Shown: positions 41,880-53,641 of the stretch, one piece after another | How the letters are laid out: every line of letters starts with the position of its first letter | Numbering within the stretch: the first letter of the stretch is position 1 | From: Caecitellus pseudoparvulus | Taxonomy: Eukaryota > Protista > Bigyra: Bicosoecida | Direction: 5' to 3' | DNA length: 64,000 bases | Assembly (NCBI GenBank): GCA_965644315.1 | Contig: CBFFRQ010000057.1 | Location: 558,001-622,000 of the forward strand | The notes under the pieces: generated by a model | The model's database searches: none | Told to the model about the DNA's origin: nothing | What the model saw: only the letters and a program-made list of their open reading frames with translations | Program-made: the position numbers and the translations under genes

Positions 41880-43916
41880 ATGGCAGCCGCAGCGGGCGCT
41901 GGCGGCAGGCCCCGCAGCTTGTTTGCCAGGGCCAGCGAGAGCACCAGCGTCGTGCGGCATGCCGTCGACTTCATCATCGATCAAGCCGCAGGAGTGCTGT
42001 ACGAGAGGTACCTGGCAGAGCGTGCAGTTGACTATGCAGCGCAATGTGTGTGGCATGACATGGTGGCAACTGTGGACGTGATGCTGCTACGGCATGATCC
42101 GGGCGAGGCCGATGCTTCATCGCGGGCTCCAATTTCCGCACAGGCGCACAGTTTCGCTGCGCCACTCCCCAGCGTCACAGCGGGTGCTGGGCGCTGGAGC
42201 TGTGAGGAAGAGCCCGAGCCGTGCATAATCGACTCCTGGGCTCGGGGTGCGGTGCCGACCATCCGGCGGCCAGCAGCTGGCAACAGCTCCGAGACGGGCA
42301 AGGAGGAGGCAGGCAGGGAAGGCAAGGCGTCCTTGCCACAGCCCAGCAACTCGCAACGAGCAGGGCGCAGGGGCTCCTCTGAGGGGGCTGTTCCCACCAG
42401 CAAGACTGCCTCTGCGCAGGAGAGCAGGGATGCTTCCGGCCCTGGAGACCGCCCCTACTCGCCAGGCGCCGCCGACGCCGCCCTGCACTCAGAGCTGAAC
42501 ATCCCCGAGCGCCCCTCCTCCTCGCTGGGAGCCGTGCCACAGGCGACGTCGGAGGCGGCCATGGAGGCCACCCGCACAGCTGCCCTGCAGGCCCTCGCTC
42601 GGCGGGAGGCGGCAGCCGCTGCGAAGCAGGCAGCCGCGGAGCGCCAGGCAGCAGAGGCGGCAGACGCCGCGAAGCGCCTGGCGAAGGAGTTGAAGGGGCA
42701 CAGGTACACGACCGATGCGTACGGTGGCGTGATCGTCATGCAGTCTGTGGGGGGGGGCATGGGGGTGGGCCTGGGGGGGGCGGGTGATGTGCAGGTACGG
42801 GTGGAGGAGGAGGAGGAGGAGGGGGCGTTGCCCGCTGCTCTGCCCCCCCCAGGCGCCAGCGGCAGCCACGCGTATGCTCACCCATACCCTGCCGCGACGC
42901 TCCGAGGGCTGGCTGAGAGCAAGTCTGCCGCCTCGGCAGCTGCCAGCAGCAGCCAGAGCGACCCGTTCTACCGCGAGAGGCAGGTGGTGCAACCGCTGCT
43001 CGTGGATGACTCGGTGACTTTGACGCCTGGCGTGGAGGTGCGGGAGGGTGGGCGCAGTGCGCGCAGGGCTGCCGCCAGCGGAGACCCGTCCCACTTGACA
43101 GCAGCCGAGTTCGCTGCGCTGCGGGAGACGCTGCAGAGCACGCAGTCTGACCGCCGGGGCCTGGGCCACAGCCGCTTCTCCCACAGGCCACAAGGGCACA
43201 GTCGGGGGGCCAGTGTGGGCCGGGGAGACACACGCGCTTGCTCGGCACAGGGACCAGCCCTCGCTGCATCCCTACCGCATCTGGCCGAGGCACCGGCGAC
43301 GGGGGGGCTGCAGGCAGACCCACACGTCAAGGTGGACACCCCCACAGCCTCTGGCGCGCCGGCACAGGAGATTGAAGTGCAGGCCCAGTCGAGGAGGTCA
43401 GAGCAGCGCCTTGGTGGGGGCGGTGGGCCCACCGGCACCGCACGCCGCCCCACCAGCCGCGCCACACCCCAGGCGAGGCAGGCAGCGGTGGGCAAGGGCC
43501 GCACTCTGCCGAGAGACAGGTCTCCCCAGCGCACCAGCGCCCTGGCCGCCGCTGCCCGACGAGAGGCGGCCGAGGCGGCCCTGGCGCAAGGCACGGCCGC
43601 CTCAGCAGTGCGGGCGGCAGCGGCTGAGCGGGTGAGTGCCCTGGCACAGGCCATGGCGGCGACGTCTGTGGAGGCCGCACCGCGTGGCGTGCACAGCAGG
43701 GGTGGCGGGCGGCGCCGGAAGGGGCAGCTGCCTCTCGGTGTCTCGTACGAGGCAGTGAGCAGCCCCTCACGCCCCCCCGCGCCGGCGCTGGGGGCGGTCT
43801 CTCGCATCTCTGGCAGCACTCTGGCAGGGGCAGGTGCAGCTTCACTAGGCGGAAAACAACGGCCTGGTAGCAGGGTCGTGGCCAATCCCACCGCCCGGGC
43901 TGCGCTCGGGGTGTAG
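41880..43916 (+). CDS. Uncharacterised protein with a C2orf81/DUF4639-like N-terminal motif
   Basis: WSCEEEPEPCIIDSWARGAVP motif after a helical segment; YTTDAYGGVI motif. The remainder is low complexity. Confidence 0.55.
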   Translation: MAAAAGAGGRPRSLFARASESTSVVRHAVDFIIDQAAGVLYERYLAERAVDYAAQCVWHDMVATVDVMLLRHDPGEADASSRAPISAQAHSFAAPLPSVTAGAGRWSCEEEPEPCIIDSWARGAVPTIRRPAAGNSSETGKEEAGREGKASLPQPSNSQRAGRRGSSEGAVPTSKTASAQESRDASGPGDRPYSPGAADAALHSELNIPERPSSSLGAVPQATSEAAMEATRTAALQALARREAAAAAKQAAAERQAAEAADAAKRLAKELKGHRYTTDAYGGVIVMQSVGGGMGVGLGGAGDVQVRVEEEEEEGALPAALPPPGASGSHAYAHPYPAATLRGLAESKSAASAAASSSQSDPFYRERQVVQPLLVDDSVTLTPGVEVREGGRSARRAAASGDPSHLTAAEFAALRETLQSTQSDRRGLGHSRFSHRPQGHSRGASVGRGDTRACSAQGPALAASLPHLAEAPATGGLQADPHVKVDTPTASGAPAQEIEVQAQSRRSEQRLGGGGGPTGTARRPTSRATPQARQAAVGKGRTLPRDRSPQRTSALAAAARREAAEAALAQGTAASAVRAAAAERVSALAQAMAATSVEAAPRGVHSRGGGRRRKGQLPLGVSYEAVSSPSRPPAPALGAVSRISGSTLAGAGAASLGGKQRPGSRVVANPTARAALGV

Positions 43917-44018
43917 GCTCGGCGGCACAATCGCAGCTCAAGTGCACAATGCAAGCGGACAGTGTAGGGCGCCGCTGGCGTGCTGCCTGCCGTGGGTGGC
44001 ATGTGCAACAGCACGAAC

Positions 44019-45194
44019 ATGGCATACAAGAAGCAGGGCTCTGGGGCCCTTTCGCTCCCCTTCGCGCCCCAAAGCGTGCGTGCAGGGCGAGCCCAGAGCA
44101 AGGGGCAGGTGGCAACCCAGCGCCAGGCTCGCTTTCGCAGGTGTCGACGTCCGGATCTGGCCTGATTGCTGTTGGAAGCGCACAGTACTATGGAATAGTC
44201 GGAAATGGCATGCTGCACACGGTTGCTCCCAGTCATTCTGGCTTGCAGCCTCTTTGGAGTGCGATGGTGCCGGCTGGCGTGTACGAGGTGGCTTGGCTGC
44301 GAAACGCAGGCGAAACGCAGGTTGCCAGCGCGGCTGCAGACGGGAAGGTGCGACTCCACGACAGAAGACTCGCAGACGGACTTCCTTGCATGGAGTGGAA
44401 GGCTCACTCCATTGAGTCTGTGTCAGTTGATTGCGCTCCTCTGCGTGGCGGGTGCCTGGCCAGGTGAGTGTGCGGCTCGAGCAAGGTGGGGACGCTCACC
44501 GCCTGACAGCTCCCCCCTCCGCATGTCCCACAGTTGCGGCTGGGATGGGGCCTTGACACTTCTGTCGACACAGTTCCCTGCCCCAGTCTCTCGCTACAGC
44601 GTCGTGAGGCTGCCCAGCAACGCGGCAAGCCCGGGCGAAGCCAAGGCCAATTGCCTGCGCTGGAGCCCCAACGACGCCCACACAGCGCTGGCCTGCTGCT
44701 CAGCGGGCAAGGCTCACATCATGGATATAAGGTGTCGGCGGCTGTGGTCATGGGAAGCGCTGGAGCGAGGCGTGGAGGGCCTGGCGCTGGCCTGGCTGCC
44801 TGGCTGCACCACGGGCTTCGTCTTGGGCGGTTCGCTCGGCACGCTCGTACACTGCGACTTGCGCCACATTGACCGGCCAGTCTCACTGCACCGCGCACAC
44901 TCCCGTGGGATTCACGCCATCGCGTGTGCGCCAAGCACAAGCGGCACCCTCCTGGCCACCGCTTCCTTTGACACCAGCGTGAAGACGTGGGGCTTGCAGG
45001 ACAGTGCGCCCACACCTGGTGCGCCCAGTGCGGTGCCAGCCGGCTTGACGGACGTGGCATCCCCGGTGCTGGCCACGTACCGGCACCACACAGAGTTTGC
45101 CACTGGCGTGGCGTGGCTCCCAGCGCAGCAGGGTTTGGTGACGTGCGGGTGGGACAAACAACTGTACGTGCTGCCCGCAGGGCTGGGCGTTTGA
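44019..45194 (+). CDS. PEX7: Peroxisomal targeting signal 2 receptor (WD40), divergent, spliced
   Basis: LIAVGSAQYYGIVGNG, VYEVAW..VASAAADGKVRLHD, SCGWDG, LLATASFDTSVKTW, HHTEFATGVAW, VTCGWD. The GIVGNG and HHTEF motifs are PEX7-typical. The start position is inferred. Confidence 0.8.
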
Positions 45195-45384
45195 CGGCAA
45201 GTGCCGTGCCTCCTATACATGCCACGTGTCATGCGACATTTTTTGATGCAGCGTGCAGGCTGTTGCGTGGGGCACGGCATCCAAGCCTGTCTCCCATCCA
45301 CGAGGCGAACCTCTCGACCTGCTCACACACATCTATCGACAGGCAGCACAAGCCACTCAAATCCCGCCCTGTCGGCCATATTTT

Positions 45385-48300
45385 ATGGGGCATGTACAGA
45401 GTGAAAGGCAGTCTGGTGGCTGTGTGTTGTTGGCACACGTTGCCCTGTTGGCTGCGTTGGCGCCAGCGGAGCCATGCGACGGCACCGCTCGTTCGGCAAG
45501 GCCGCGTTGCTCGCATGTGCCGCTGTGACGGCTCCTGGGGGCCGGTCGCCGTGGTTCTTCTTCTACAGCGGACTTGCAATCCACGCATTGCCCTTGTTTG
45601 GCATTGCCGTCGTGTGCGGTGGCGTGCTGCAGCATCTTGGCTGCACAGGATCCGTGACACGGGGTGGGACTCTCAGCTTTGCCTGCGGCGTGGCCGGCAT
45701 CATTCAGCGCTCGACAGTGCCTAGCCTGGGGGTAACGGAGCTCTCCTGCATCCCTGATCGCATGCAGCCGTCCCAAGTACTGCTCGTGGCGCTGCAGGGG
45801 CTCATCTTGCTGGCCCTCGGAGGCGTGTGGTTATTGTGCGTCGCTGCGACAGGGCACTGCTCAGCTCCCTTGCGATGACTCACCCACTCTTGCTGCGCAG
45901 CGCCTCTTTGCGCATTCCCCCAGCGCTCCTGAGGTCCAACGGAATCAGCAAGCAAGAGACGGGCATTGTTTCATGGGGCATGCCTCTGGCCGGCGCCCTG
46001 GCGTTGCTGTCGCCCATCACTGCTGCCAGCGCAGCTTGCCTCGCCATTTCGGCTGCCGCTTGTGGTGGGGCAGGGGGAGTAGCACTCATCATCCCTCTCT
46101 TGTCCACATGCGCCAGTTCTGCCGTCCTGTGGACGTCTGCACATTGGAGCCCCAGCAAGGCGAACGGCACTGCCCGCTTCAGCGGTCGCGTGGACGCCAT
46201 CCTGCAAGTCGCTACGGATGTTGGAGCGGCCTTTGCGGCGGTCGCCGTGCGCAGCTCGGGCCGGCCAGCCGTGCTATGGGCACTGTTGCTCTTGTGTGTG
46301 CCCATGACCCACGCAGTGCTGCTGCTCACGTTTCCGAGCCATGTGAGTGCTCAACGCAGTCGCCCTGCTCTGAAGCTTCCATGGCAACCCCTCGTCCCCC
46401 ACCTTTGCGCAGAGCCACCCGGCAGCCCGACACGCCCGCAGTGCTGTAGCCTGTGCCTCTGCTGCAGCAGCACTGATTTTTTCTCTCGCAAGATGCTTTG
46501 ATGTGTTCCTGGAGCTGCCACCGGTGGCTGGCTCGGCAAGGGCTGCCGCCGCACTCATCGCTGCCGGCGCTGCAGGGCACCTGGCGCTGCAGATCGAACG
46601 AGGCCGGGACTCACACCTCCTCTTGCAGCCATTCAGTGCTTCGCGAACACCACACGACCTGCTTCTGTGGGTATCCAATGCGGCTCACGTGAAGAGCACG
46701 CACCCCCTCATCGCACCTGTGCGCCATGCACTTGTACGGCAGCTGCTGAAGCACAGCGAGGTGCAGGAGCAGCTGAACGGGGAGCAGATCAAGGCCATAC
46801 CGCTCCAGCACCTGACAGCCAGTGTCAGCGTACTTGCCCTCGGGTGGGGCCTGCGCCGGTGGCCACGCCACCCCCGCTTGAGCTTGGCAGCCGCCAGTAC
46901 CGAGCTGAAGGCCATCACCAGCGACAGCTTTTCCGCAGCGCTCTTCCCACGTGCAACACATGTAAAGGACCACCGCTTGCCGTGGCATGCTTCGGCGCAT
47001 GGTTTGTGCTGCAGTGCTCTGAAGCATGCCCACGTTGCCATGACCGCGGCAGGCAGCGGCGCGCTGGACACTGCGGTAGCTGCCGTCCGGGCTGCAGTCG
47101 TGACACGTGCCACTCTGGATTCATGGCACGGAGACCGCACAGCACTGTCCCATGTCACGCTACGGCGGCTTGGCGCCGGCTCCCAGCGGCGCTCACTGCG
47201 GGCTAGCACTGCGGCTCCCTCTGCCTTGCACTGCATGCTGGCTGCGCTGGAGGAAGCCCAAGCCGCGCAGAGTGACTGCCTGGCGGCTCTGGCATCTGCG
47301 TGGGACACGATGGTAACCCCCAGTTGGCAGGAGCGCCCTCAACTGGGGGAAGTTGTCACAGTGGCGCTGACGTTCTGGGCGTCAGGGCGGCTGGCCTGCG
47401 ACGCGTTCCAGGCAGCGCAAGCCGCCCTCCCGCACAGCAGGAGAGCCCAAGACAAGTACGCCACGTTCTTGAAGCTTGCCATTGGAGACGCGAGCCAGAG
47501 TGGCGTGTCAAGCGGGCGCGGCTCCGCTGGCTCTGCCCAACAGGGGGTGGTGCGCTCAGCTGCAAGCCTGTCCCCTGCTGCCTTCACAGTGGGGGCTCCT
47601 GCTCCTGAGCACATGACAGCACGCCCATACTTCATCGTCTGCTCTGCTCTGCCTGCCCAAGGCTTCCGCATGCAGCGAGTATCAGCGGCGACGGCACAGG
47701 CCCTGGGTCGCCACCAGTCCGACATGCGGGGCCAAGGGGTGGAGACCCTGTTCCCTGCGCCCCTTGATCAGGCCTTTGCCGCCGCGCTGACACGCACAAT
47801 TTGCGGTGTCATGGTCCGCAAAGGCGAAAGTGAAGAGCGATGGGCGGGGCTGCAGCTAGACACGCCCACTATGTGGCTGGTCAAGGCTGGGAAGACCGGG
47901 CTCGTGAACCCTGCCATCGTGACAGTGTCAGAGACGTTCACGTCTGCACACACAGCCTCCCTTGATGACATCGCCTTGCCTCAGTTCCTGCTGCGGCTCG
48001 ACTTCCCCCACGCCCCGTTCGGCATCGTGCAGCTTGGCGGGGCGTCGAAGAAGCCACTCGCGCAGCGCCCTGTGCTTCGGGCGAATTCCCCTGCGATTCA
48101 AGCGATGCCTGATGGAGACTCGGTAGCAGGCAAGCTGGTGGGTGATGGAGTCAGCACGGAGAGTAACTACATGCTGCTGGAGGAAGTGCTGTACGTCGCG
48201 GCTGGGCCGGCGGGCGGAACAGAAGGTGCTGTTTGCCCTGGCTTCATCGCGGGGGACCAAGAGCTGCAGTGCAGTGCTTGGGTGCGCAAGACCGAATTCT

Positions 48301-50456
48301 CTGCAGCTGATCTCGCGGGTGCAAAGCTAGAGCTCTCCCTGGTCACGTTCTCCTTGCCGTTGGCCGAAACTTCTGACGTGAAGGAGTTGCCTTCAGCGGG
48401 CCCCACACAGCCAGCCAGCTCGCCTCACAAGGTGCAGCAGACCACGAAAAAGGGGTTCTTGCATGGTGCAACACTGGATGGTGTGCTCTTGCTGCAGAAT
48501 GCGTTTCGTGGGGACGTGGACACCACGAGCCGCTCCGCTAATGAGCGGGACCGCACCATTCAAGGCATGATTGGAATGGCCATCACCATCTGCTGCCTCT
48601 GTGTGACAGCCTGCCTCATTGCTGCTATTGTGACCCAGACATCCATGGAGGGCTTCCGCACCTTGACAGCGGCCACCACGGGCGCCTTGCGGCGGCAGCT
48701 TCTGTCCAAGTGGCTGTACGGTGAAGGCCTCCAGGCCACAACAGCGCTGCGTTTCAACATTTCGATCGAGACCATAAATCTGACATTGAGCGATGTTGAT
48801 TGGATCCACGCCAGGCTTCAGGCAGTCGGAGCCAGCCTGCGAGCTGATGACGTGCAAGTGATGGACTTTGTGACTTCTGTGGCCCGGATGAATGGTAGCC
48901 TGGCCCCAGCGCCCCTGGAGAAGTATGCGCGATACGCTTTCAATGCTTCTGAGCCCTGGGAGTCGGCGCTCCGGGTGGAGCCGGCCGTCTTGCCTGAGTG
49001 GCAGCAGTGGGTACCGTTGCCGGCACAGTCAGGCAACCTCCTAGCCACGCCCACGACGGCCATGACACAGCTGTTGGTGAGCGCCGCAGAGCTTGCGCAC
49101 TCTGCGGCGCATGCTAACGAAACCTTGCTCGCCAGTGCCCAGGCCCTTCGAGCAACCCTTCGATCGTACATGCTTCCCGCACTCGCGGCTGCCTCAGCAT
49201 CCTGGGTGCACCTGCAGAATGCCTGGGCTATGGAGGGCTTGAGTGCTAGCTTTGGCCTTGGTGGCATCGCCGTGCTGGTCATGGCGAGCATTGTGTTCAT
49301 CGGCGGCGGAATGGGCCTTCGCCGCTTGCTCTTCGTGCACTGGGACAACGTCCGGGGTGCGTTGCGGGCGGTGCAGCTAATGAGGGTCTCAGAGTGTCAA
49401 GAGGTTGCTGCTCGAACGCAGTGGGCTTTCCAAGAATGTGCCGACCCTGGCAGCAGTCAGGCGGCCCCGACTTCCCCAGCTCCGCAACTTGAGCAACCAA
49501 CCACTATAGACGACAGCCGTGAGCTAGAAGCGACAGAAAGTGGTGCTGTGGAGAAGCTGAAGTCTTGGGGGGACCAGTGCAGTGGGGGACTCTTTTGTCG
49601 CATTGCCCAAGTGCTCTGCTGTGCGCTCGTGCCCGTGTACTTGACTTTCTTGTTCTTGATCGTGGGGGGTGAGCTGGTCAGGGGCCGTGCCGTGTCACTG
49701 GCAAAGCAAGACACTGTCAGACTCTTGCACCTCGCCCATGCCTCGGATGCATTCATTCTGCAGAGGGACGCTGTCTTAGACGCCCTGGAGCTGGGAGACT
49801 TGGCGGCGTTGGATCGCATTCAACCCGCTCAAACCCAAGCCTTGATAGAGATACAGGCAGTTGTGTCTGGGACTCAAGACCCCGCCTTTGGGTCGGCTCT
49901 CGAGGCGTTGCCCGTGGAAAGCCTATCCCTCAAACGCCTGACGCAGGATGGCTGCGTCGGGCACGCCGCGAGATGGCAGCAGTCTTGTGACACAGCCTTC
50001 AATGGCGTCGCAGCAGATGGTGGGCTGTTGCAGGTGCTTCTCAGGTACAACAGCCTGATCTCACAAGTTGCAGCAGACATCACATCCCACGCTGCAAGTG
50101 GGGGAGCGCGGCATGACTTGCCAGCAGCCGCACGAGCGCGCATTCAAGCAGTGTTCAAACTGGAGCAGCAGCTTGCCCGCGACGCCGAAGAAGCAGCAGC
50201 GGATGCAATCAGACAGAGCCGAGAGCACTCCTTGGCCCGAACTGCCCAGACGGTCTTGTTCTTGCTGCTGTTCACTGTGCTGATCTCTGTGTTTGCAACT
50301 GCGTTTTCAGTCCACAGCATTCGAGTCATGTCCAGCTCCTTGTCTGCCAGCCGCGCGATGCTGCTTGCCGTCCCACCGCACATCCTGGAGAACAACAAGC
50401 GCTTCAGGGCAGCGTATGAGAGTGTCATGGCTGACCAGGCGCTCTTGGCAGTTTGA
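45385..50456 (+). CDS. TmcB/TmcC-like multi-pass membrane protein with a degenerate PAS domain (5' exon structure uncertain)
   Basis: Multi-TM N-terminal exons (45474-46340). TPR-like KYATFLKLAIGD and PAS-like VSAATAQALGRHQSDMRGQGVETLFPAPL. Two TM-extracellular-TM modules, and a C-terminal RAMLLAVPPHIL typical of the family. Confidence 0.55.
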
Positions 50457-50786
50457 GCTGTGAAGGAGTGTCCACTTTGGACGGGAAGGCCAGCGGCGGG
50501 GGCTTGACCCCTGCAGCGGTGCCAAGGGTCCCCGCCACAGGACCTCCCCCCATGGGCCGAGCTAGAGGGGCGTGAATGCAGCGGTCCCCGCCCCACTCCA
50601 CAAACGCTGCGCCTGACCCGCACAGGTGCCCACATTCTGCCCCACACTTTGCCGTGGACTGTGCGCCGTTGCAGACAATTCAAGGCCCTCAAAACTTCTT
50701 TGCACTGCCCAATTCAGTGTGCCTTGCCTCTATTTCGCGGTGCCTCGAGACTGAAGCCCGAACTGAACTAGGCGCCCGCAGCATTC

Positions 50787-52865
50787 ATGGTTGGGGTGCA
50801 GGTGCACTGCACCTCTGCCTTGCCAGCCGCACCCATCACGCAGTATGGGAGGGGAGGTGGGAATGCCCTGAGGCGGATGATGCACAAGGGTTCATCTGGA
50901 TCATCAGGGGGGTCCTCTTCATCGTCCCGCTCAGGCTCTGGAGGCGGTGGGCAGCAGCCAGGTGGCAGTGGCCAGGGACCGTCTGGCTCTGGGCACGGCG
51001 CCGGCCCTCCGCCGCCAGCAGGCAGCAGCTCGCAAGCGCTTCCAGAGGCAAGCAAAGCGCCCGCGGCAACCTTGGCCCTGCGGGTCGTGTCAGCCATGGG
51101 CTTGAATCCCTCCGTGTATCCAAAGGCCCGTGTGCGAGTAAACGTCGCATCACCCTCCTCCTTGCAAGCACGCGCAGCCGTTGTGAGCAAGCTGCAGGGC
51201 AGCTCCACTCAAGGTGCCGCAGCTGCTGGGTCGGGGGGGGTTTCGACAGCTCTGCTGACTGGTGCTGTGGGCCTCGTGCTGGGCCCAGAGTGGACCCGCT
51301 CTGAGGTGTCTTTGTCAACTCCCGTGCAGAGAGAGCAGGGCAAGCCACTGCCTGTGGCCCACACATGTTCGGTTCCCGTCGCACCCCGCGATGTGGTCTT
51401 GGTGCAGGTGCGGGACACCGGTGGCACATCCCTGGGGCACACCATCCTGCTTCCTGAGTGGTTCGTGCAGCCTGACTCCGAGCTGTGCAGGCTCTGGGCA
51501 GCTGCCCTGCCAGGCGACGGGACCATGGGCACACCTGGCATGCCAACAGTGGCGGGGCCCTCTGGTACTCCCCTTATTGAGCGGCCGCTTGCATCCCCAC
51601 CCCAGGCAGCTGCCGCAGCAGGAACCCTGCGGATATCAGGCGTGCTGAGCAAGGGGGTCACGTCTAGCAAGGGAGACTTGGCCAGGGCTCTGCAGCGTTC
51701 TGAACAGTCAGAGGGTAAGGCAGCGACCTCCGCCGCAGCAAACGGGCTGGTTGCACGCGTGGTGGTGATGCCGCACTTCCACACCAAGTGGTGCGACCGC
51801 AAGCGCCAGGTGTGCACGGCAGGCGGCGACGTCAGAGAGCTGAACCGCCTCGGCGTGCTCGTGGCGGGCGTGAAGGAGGGCACGCCCATCAAGGTGCGAT
51901 GGTTCCGCAGCACTGGCCAGACCGGGGACGCCTCGACAGCCCCTGCTCCCGCTGCTGCTGCCCAAGGCGGTGGACCGCGCCCCCCACCTGCCGCCCCGCC
52001 TTCCATGCCAGGTCGCATGCACGAGGAGACAGGGCTGCAGTTCACCCGTGCGCCCATGCTGGCCCCTCCTGAGAAAGCCAACAGTGCGCATTGGTCCCCG
52101 GGCGCCGCGCCGTTGGATGCCCTGCCCCTGTTCGACGTGCCCAACGCGCCCACACTGCTAGCTGGGGACAAGGCAGGGAAAGCCAAAGCCGCAGCGCAGG
52201 ACGTGGCCCTCTTCCGCTCCAACAAGCCGGCAGCGGATGGTTCCACTCCCAACTCCTCCCTCTGCATTGCATGGCCCGCTGCAGTGTTGCCGGGCCATCC
52301 GCAGCTGCAGGGCAAGCTGGCGGGGGCCGCTTCACCCAGCTATGGCATTGTGCCGCCAGACCGCGTGCTGCACGACTCCCCTGCGAGTCTAGGGCTGCTG
52401 CAGGCAGAAGTCGCGGAAGTGAGGCGGGACGCGAGCCTGTACTTCCTTCGCCGTGCTGACGTCGGCTCGGCCATCATGGCGGTGGTGACGGCCGGCGGGG
52501 AGGAGGCCGTCAGCCAGGTGGTCGGACCTGTGCAACCTGCACCCCCCGCAGCGAGAGAGGTGTGGATTAGTGGGCAGCCTGCCGTCGGCAACACCCTGCA
52601 AGCTCACGTGTACTACGTGGGCGGGGAGCCTGGCCCCTGCCAGCTGTCGTGGATCACTGTGTCCGCGGAGGGCGACCGCACGACGACGGAGCCCCAGGAG
52701 GTGGACCTGTCTGTGGAACCAGAGGAGGGCGACCCTCGCCTGTGGAAAGTGCTGCCGGAGCATGTGGGCTGCATCTTCAAAGTGACGTGCGACCCCATTC
52801 GGTCTGACGGCGTGACGGGGGCCGGCTCCACGTCCCGCCCCACAGCAGAGGTGAGTGCCGAGTGA
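50787..52865 (+). CDS. Protein with C-terminal AIR9/A9-type Ig-like repeats and a possible N-terminal C2-like domain (start uncertain; ATG at 50877)
   Basis: YFLRRADVGSAIMAVV...GPVQPAPPAAREVWISGQPAVGNTLQAHVYYVGGEPG..LSW...EHVGCIFKVTCDPIRSDGVTG matches the A9 repeat pattern. Confidence 0.6.
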   Translation: MVGVQVHCTSALPAAPITQYGRGGGNALRRMMHKGSSGSSGGSSSSSRSGSGGGGQQPGGSGQGPSGSGHGAGPPPPAGSSSQALPEASKAPAATLALRVVSAMGLNPSVYPKARVRVNVASPSSLQARAAVVSKLQGSSTQGAAAAGSGGVSTALLTGAVGLVLGPEWTRSEVSLSTPVQREQGKPLPVAHTCSVPVAPRDVVLVQVRDTGGTSLGHTILLPEWFVQPDSELCRLWAAALPGDGTMGTPGMPTVAGPSGTPLIERPLASPPQAAAAAGTLRISGVLSKGVTSSKGDLARALQRSEQSEGKAATSAAANGLVARVVVMPHFHTKWCDRKRQVCTAGGDVRELNRLGVLVAGVKEGTPIKVRWFRSTGQTGDASTAPAPAAAAQGGGPRPPPAAPPSMPGRMHEETGLQFTRAPMLAPPEKANSAHWSPGAAPLDALPLFDVPNAPTLLAGDKAGKAKAAAQDVALFRSNKPAADGSTPNSSLCIAWPAAVLPGHPQLQGKLAGAASPSYGIVPPDRVLHDSPASLGLLQAEVAEVRRDASLYFLRRADVGSAIMAVVTAGGEEAVSQVVGPVQPAPPAAREVWISGQPAVGNTLQAHVYYVGGEPGPCQLSWITVSAEGDRTTTEPQEVDLSVEPEEGDPRLWKVLPEHVGCIFKVTCDPIRSDGVTGAGSTSRPTAEVSAE

Positions 52866-52895
52866 GTGGACAATGCATTGACGTGACCCTCCTGT

Positions 52896-53508
52896 CTACT
52901 GGGGGGCGCCTGGCTGGCGCACGACGATGTTGTGCTTGGTCTGCGAGGGGCAAGCAGAGCGGTGAGGGCGATGCTGCCGCTTGCATGTCAGCCACGCCGA
53001 CTCACCTGGAACTCCTGGCGTTCCTTTGTCTTGGACGTGAGAGCTTGCTCCAGCTGAGCGATGAGCTTCTCGATCTGGAGGAAGCAGGCGCCAGGGCGTG
53101 GTTTCAACGCGTCGATGCGCGGCAGCCAGCTCTGGCGTTTCAGCGCTGCCATGCACGCACCCCTTCCTTGTGCTCAGCGACGGCAGGCTTGACATCCACC
53201 ACCGTCTGTTCCAGCAGCATTTCACCTGCCATGCGATAACACCTCCTGCTGTCTGGGAGGGGGCCCAAGACGCCCAGAACCATCCTGTGAGGGGGTGGCA
53301 GGAGAGCGCCGTGGCGTTTCGTTTGTCAGGCGTCAACGGAAAGCAGCCTGTCCGTAGTCTTGCAAGGCACGCACTCGTGCTCACGCAGCTCCGCCTGCAA
53401 CTCTGCGATCTTGGAAATCAAAGATGTCTCATGGCTGCGCAGCGCCTTGAACTTCTCCACCACCTGGCGCTCGTCCAGCTTTCGCGGCTCGCCAGAGGCT
53501 GCTGCCAT
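52896..53508 (-). CDS. PFDN2: Prefoldin subunit 2 (four exons)
   Basis: Spliced product: FKALRSHETSLISKIAELQAELREH.. | VLGVLGPLPDSRRCYRMAGEMLLEQTVVDVKPAV | IEKLIAQLEQALTSKTKERQEFQ | TKHNIVVR. GT-AG junctions are visible. Confidence 0.88.
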
Positions 53509-53641
53509 GGTTCACTCTCCGAATGCTCAGCGCGATGACTCGCAGCGATGTGCCCTGCAGCCTGCAAGCCCTTGCCTTGACACGGTGAATATAGCCACGA
53601 TGCAAGGGAAGTGTTCGCGTTCCGTGCATTGGCGCAGGTCA

